A stretch of 64,000 nt of DNA, taken from positions 48,662,741 through 48,726,740 of the forward strand of contig JAUZTB010000087.1 in the NCBI GenBank assembly GCA_034780895.1, written 5' to 3'. The DNA is from Rhynchobatus australiae. Its lineage: Eukaryota. Numbering within the stretch: position 1 is the first letter of the stretch; the number at the start of each line of letters is the position of its first letter. Of the stretch, positions 60,291 through 64,000 are shown one piece after another. The notes beneath the pieces are model-generated. The model ran no database searches. It was not told the DNA's origin and worked only from the letters and a program-made list of their open reading frames with translations. The translations under genes and the position numbers were made by a program.

Positions 60291-61344
60291 GTCAGAAGTA
60301 CTTGTTTGAGAAGATTCAGCAGTTTATCCAGCCCAAACCTTGAAATGTCTGCATTTCTTGTCACCAAGAGACAGGGGAGGCATTCAACTTTGGGAGATGC
60401 TGCTGGGCAGAGTCACAAGGCTGATTTCAAGATTTGGTAGCTTGGTTGAGGAAATCAGTAGAGAGGTGAAGTTGTAAAAAGAAAATATTCAAAAAGTGAC
60501 CTTGGCACATGAGATAATTGAAGAAACCTACAGTTGTGTTTCAGTCAGATCCACCTCAGCTTTATGTTTTACTTACTGTCAAGTTCATGAATTGCAAGCA
60601 GTAATTGTTTTGCTTTCTCAGAAGCATTCTGTACCATGAGCTTTACTTATGTCTAATGCCTGCCAGAGTGCTGCAGTGTTTTCATTACTGTATGGCTACA
60701 AGACTTGGTTTATTCATCAATACCACATTTTGAAATGTGGTGGATTCAACTGAGCTGCCTTTGAAGAATAGTACGGAAGAAAAGGCAAAATACGACTCTG
60801 TTTGCTTGTTCTTGAGATGTATAGCATGGCAAATATCGAATTGATGCATATTTCTGCATTGGCCCCATCAAACAAGTGCAGGATTTTGAGGGCTCCAAAA
60901 AATCTACTGTATGGTCAATATTAGCAAGAACTATGTTACAAATGAGATCTGAAAAAGAGGCAGAAAGACATGCACAAAATTAACTTAATGGCTTGTGGCA
61001 TTCATGGTAGAACATGGGCAACAGACACAAAAAGTTGCGTGGCATGACACACCACTTCTAAGACTGCAGTTCATGTTACCTGGAATGACCATCTGGAAGT
61101 AATCAAAGAGAAGTAGAGACAGCGTAAGGCCTCCACCATCAATGAATGGTCTCCAATAGTTCCAATGATGCCCAATGTAAATTCAGAGAACACCACAAGT
61201 CACATTCTACCCTTTGGAACTCGATTAAATTCAACAGTTTTGATCAACCAGCTTCTTTTTTTGCTGGATTTCNNNNNNNNNNNNNNNNNNNNNNNNAGTT
61301 TACAGTTTATTCTATGGTTTATTTTCTTCTCTGTCTCTAAGTGC

Positions 61345-61555
61345 TGATATTTAAAATGATTGTTACTTTGGTGTGTTCTCTATCACAAACATTCCCACTG
61401 TTCTCCCATCTGTCCCCTTCTTTGCAACTTAAAATATGCTTGTTTTCACACTTTTCCAGTTCTGATGAAGGGTTCTTGAGTCAAAATGTTGACTCTATTT
61501 CTCTCTCTGCAGATGCTGCCTGACCCGACTGCTTCAGGCATAATCTGCTTTTTGT
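61345..61555 (+). mobile_element. Penelope-like terminal fragment with decayed hammerhead
   Basis: 'cagttctgatgaagggttcttgagtcaaaatgttgact...cagatgctgcctgacc'. Confidence 0.7.
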
Positions 61556-62219
61556 TGCGAGCCACGTGTGATGTGTGTGTGTTGTATATACTGATCATAA
61601 ATAGGTGTTCATCACGCAGAGGGTTTACAATATCCATTGATGAACTTAGTACCTGTATAGAACATCAACTGATATGATGGACAAAAGACAATTCAACTGT
61701 TTAATACAAATCAATTTTTATTAATACTTTAACACTTTAAGCAGCTGTTTATACAGTTAATTTTACTAGCTTCATCTTCTACTTGCTTTTCTTCAGTCTT
61801 TATTGGTACTTTGTCCACTTAAAACACAGCTGTAAGCAATTAAACCTCAATATCTTTGCATTATTATTCTAACATCACTGATTTGAGTAACATCACAAAT
61901 GTTCTCAATATTGAAATAATTCCATCTGAGATGAACTGGCCAGACTCACTCTGATGAATTGTAGTCTTCTCTGAGTCTTGAACTTAGGGCTCTTTCTTCT
62001 GAATATTGGTCCTAGGTTCTCACACACACCAGTGTTTGGTGAAGAGTTAAATACTGTTTTCAAAATCTATTCCTCTGCTCTCCTCCAATGAGATGATACC
62101 ACATCAGTAGTCCAGCCCTTGTCTGACCCATTTCAGTCATCTTAGTCCTGTTACTACTGGACTATTGGATGTTACATTGCCATTTCCATCTCCACTGTGA
62201 AGCATTTTAATTGTTTGTA

Positions 62220-63021
62220 GTGAGTCAATCAAGTACACAAAAGCATAAGATTGATTTCTCCTGACAGTTCAAAGATCTTGGCTCTTCTTCCTGCTGTTGA
62301 AGTCCTGGATGTCATTGACATACTAACCTTGACATACGAATATTTTTGTTTGCATCTTATCTGGCCTCTAGTTGTCCTTTGACACATGCCGGACTGGTTT
62401 ATTCTGTGCTTAAGTCATTTTTTGTTCCTTATTGGTAATTCCTTAGTATTCTCAGAGAACTTTGTGGACCATTATCCATCCTTGTATGTAACAGACTCCA
62501 AATGTTTATTCATACTGAAAAACTAATCATTCCTCTGTTCTTCAATGGTTGTTTTTAACCCTTTGACTACCACATCATTATGTTGATGGCCCAGTCCTCG
62601 ATGATAAGAGTGGTAAATAGCATGAAGTTTTAGTTTCAGTCCTAGAGTAGGACAGAGAAACTCAGAATTAAACCAATAATGGGTAAATCTGAGCATTGTC
62701 AAGATTTTTTTCTTTATAACAAGATTAATAATTGTGTAGCATAGATTTCAGTGAGCAGTAGTTTGGGTGGAATCGTAACATCTTTTAAGAAGCAATTAGG
62801 TGCATATATGGGGAATTTTTGCCAACCTTATTGTTGGATGAACTGAATGGTGTTAAATAGTTTTCTTTGTCCATATCGATGTTCTTGGAAGTGAATTTTA
62901 CATTTCGTTTGCAAAAATATCGTAATTTTCTCTTTAATTCGATCTAACATTTTGCACAGTATTTCTGTGTCAACTCTCTGATGCAGGGACTGACCCACGT
63001 ATTTCAAATGGGTTAACATCC
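62220..63021 (-). pseudogene. Possible decayed two-exon coding remnant of unknown identity
   Basis: Polypyrimidine-AG acceptors at 63022 and 62642 and an AG|GT donor at 62827/62826; splicing keeps one frame of ~200 codons with about 5 stops. Confidence 0.2.
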
Positions 63022-64000
63022 CTAAAAGAGAGCAATTGAAAAGATATTTATACACAAATCACAATTAGGATTTGGAATTCTCTACATGGACCATTGCTGA
63101 TCTCTGAGCTGTACCGAGATTTCCATAGCCCATCATTTCTACCTATTTCTCAGGAATCTCGGCACATTGTCTCACTGGAGATGAACATTAGAGAAAATTT
63201 TCTTTTTGAGTGAAGGATATTATTGCAGGAACCCAAAATATTTTAGGATTTAACTGCCTATGTCATGATTGCTATTCCCAGGCCATGTCTGACAAGAAGC
63301 AATGTCCTGTCAGGAACAATCTTTTCTGTTGTATGAAAATTTGTTAATAATGTCAAATAAATATAAATGCTTGGACTTAAAAACTCGCAAACCATTACAA
63401 ATGTGCCCCTATTCTTTTTCACTCAATGTCAAGCTCCAGTAACTATGGATAAATGCTGGGCAAACTTCCTGCTGAACTAATTAATCCAGAGGAAAAAAAG
63501 TTTGTGACCGAAAATTAATTTTAGTGTGGACAAATTACTGCTTCTCCTCCACTATTTTCTTTCACTTCATTTATGAATCTAGGGTCTACATTATTTGACT
63601 GTGGGTATAGTTTCAAACATCAACAATCAGGATTAGGAATTTAAGCTCCTCCTAATTCCTATCAAGCCCAGGGCAATTGCAATGAAGGAAGAAGCTTGCC
63701 CAGCACAGCCTGGGTATGTCTCTGGTCAGCATGACTTACAGGTCATGCTACACATTTCTGCTCTGCATATCTCATCATATTTTATCCACCTGCTATTGTA
63801 GAAAAGGCATAATATACATCAACTGCAGCAGGGCCATCAAACTGTGCACCTTCAGCACAAACTATTTCCTTTCTGCTGTCCACTGAAGATTTAGTATAAC
63901 TGTGCATGTCTCAGTCAGAGCAACCCTCCACAAAGGAGAACAAAGTTAATCAAATTTCTATGCAGGTTTTTATGGGGAGCAAATTTTCCAAGAACTTGAA

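Noticed and set aside
62465-62480. 'DNGPQ' integrase-like motif on the minus strand
   Set aside because: It is only 5 aa, in a different frame and in the wrong order relative to the other integrase-like hints; likely chance.
1-64000. Prokaryotic systems (CRISPR arrays, operons, defence islands) or endogenous viral ORFs
   Set aside because: The sequence is vertebrate-type repeat-rich DNA with no regular repeat-spacer array, no gene-dense region and no viral hallmark protein that I could recognise.

Overview
Eukaryotic, vertebrate-type non-coding DNA from a gapped short-read assembly (many N runs). The repeat content (HE1/V-SINE-like and DeuSINE-like SINEs, CR1/HER1, Rex1/Babar, L2 and RTE LINE fragments, Penelope-like terminal fragments) points to a cartilaginous fish (shark or ray). 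I found no intact host protein-coding exon, rRNA, tRNA or CRISPR array. Every ORF with recognisable protein similarity is a decayed retroelement. Main items: (1) about a dozen Penelope-like terminal fragments, several keeping a decayed minimal type I hammerhead ribozyme fold; (2) a Rex1/Babar LINE with a codon-precise 5' inversion; (3) a decayed Ty3/gypsy internal region (gag-PR-RT-IN) with a tRNA-iMet primer-binding site, missed by the ORF track; (4) two SINEs with the same head but different LINE-like tails; (5) many repeat-free islands rich in Meis/Pbx-Hox and homeobox motifs, suggesting a gene desert or large intron of a developmental regulator; (6) a possible decayed spliced coding remnant near 62-63 kb. 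Family assignments are by eye and repeat boundaries are approximate.
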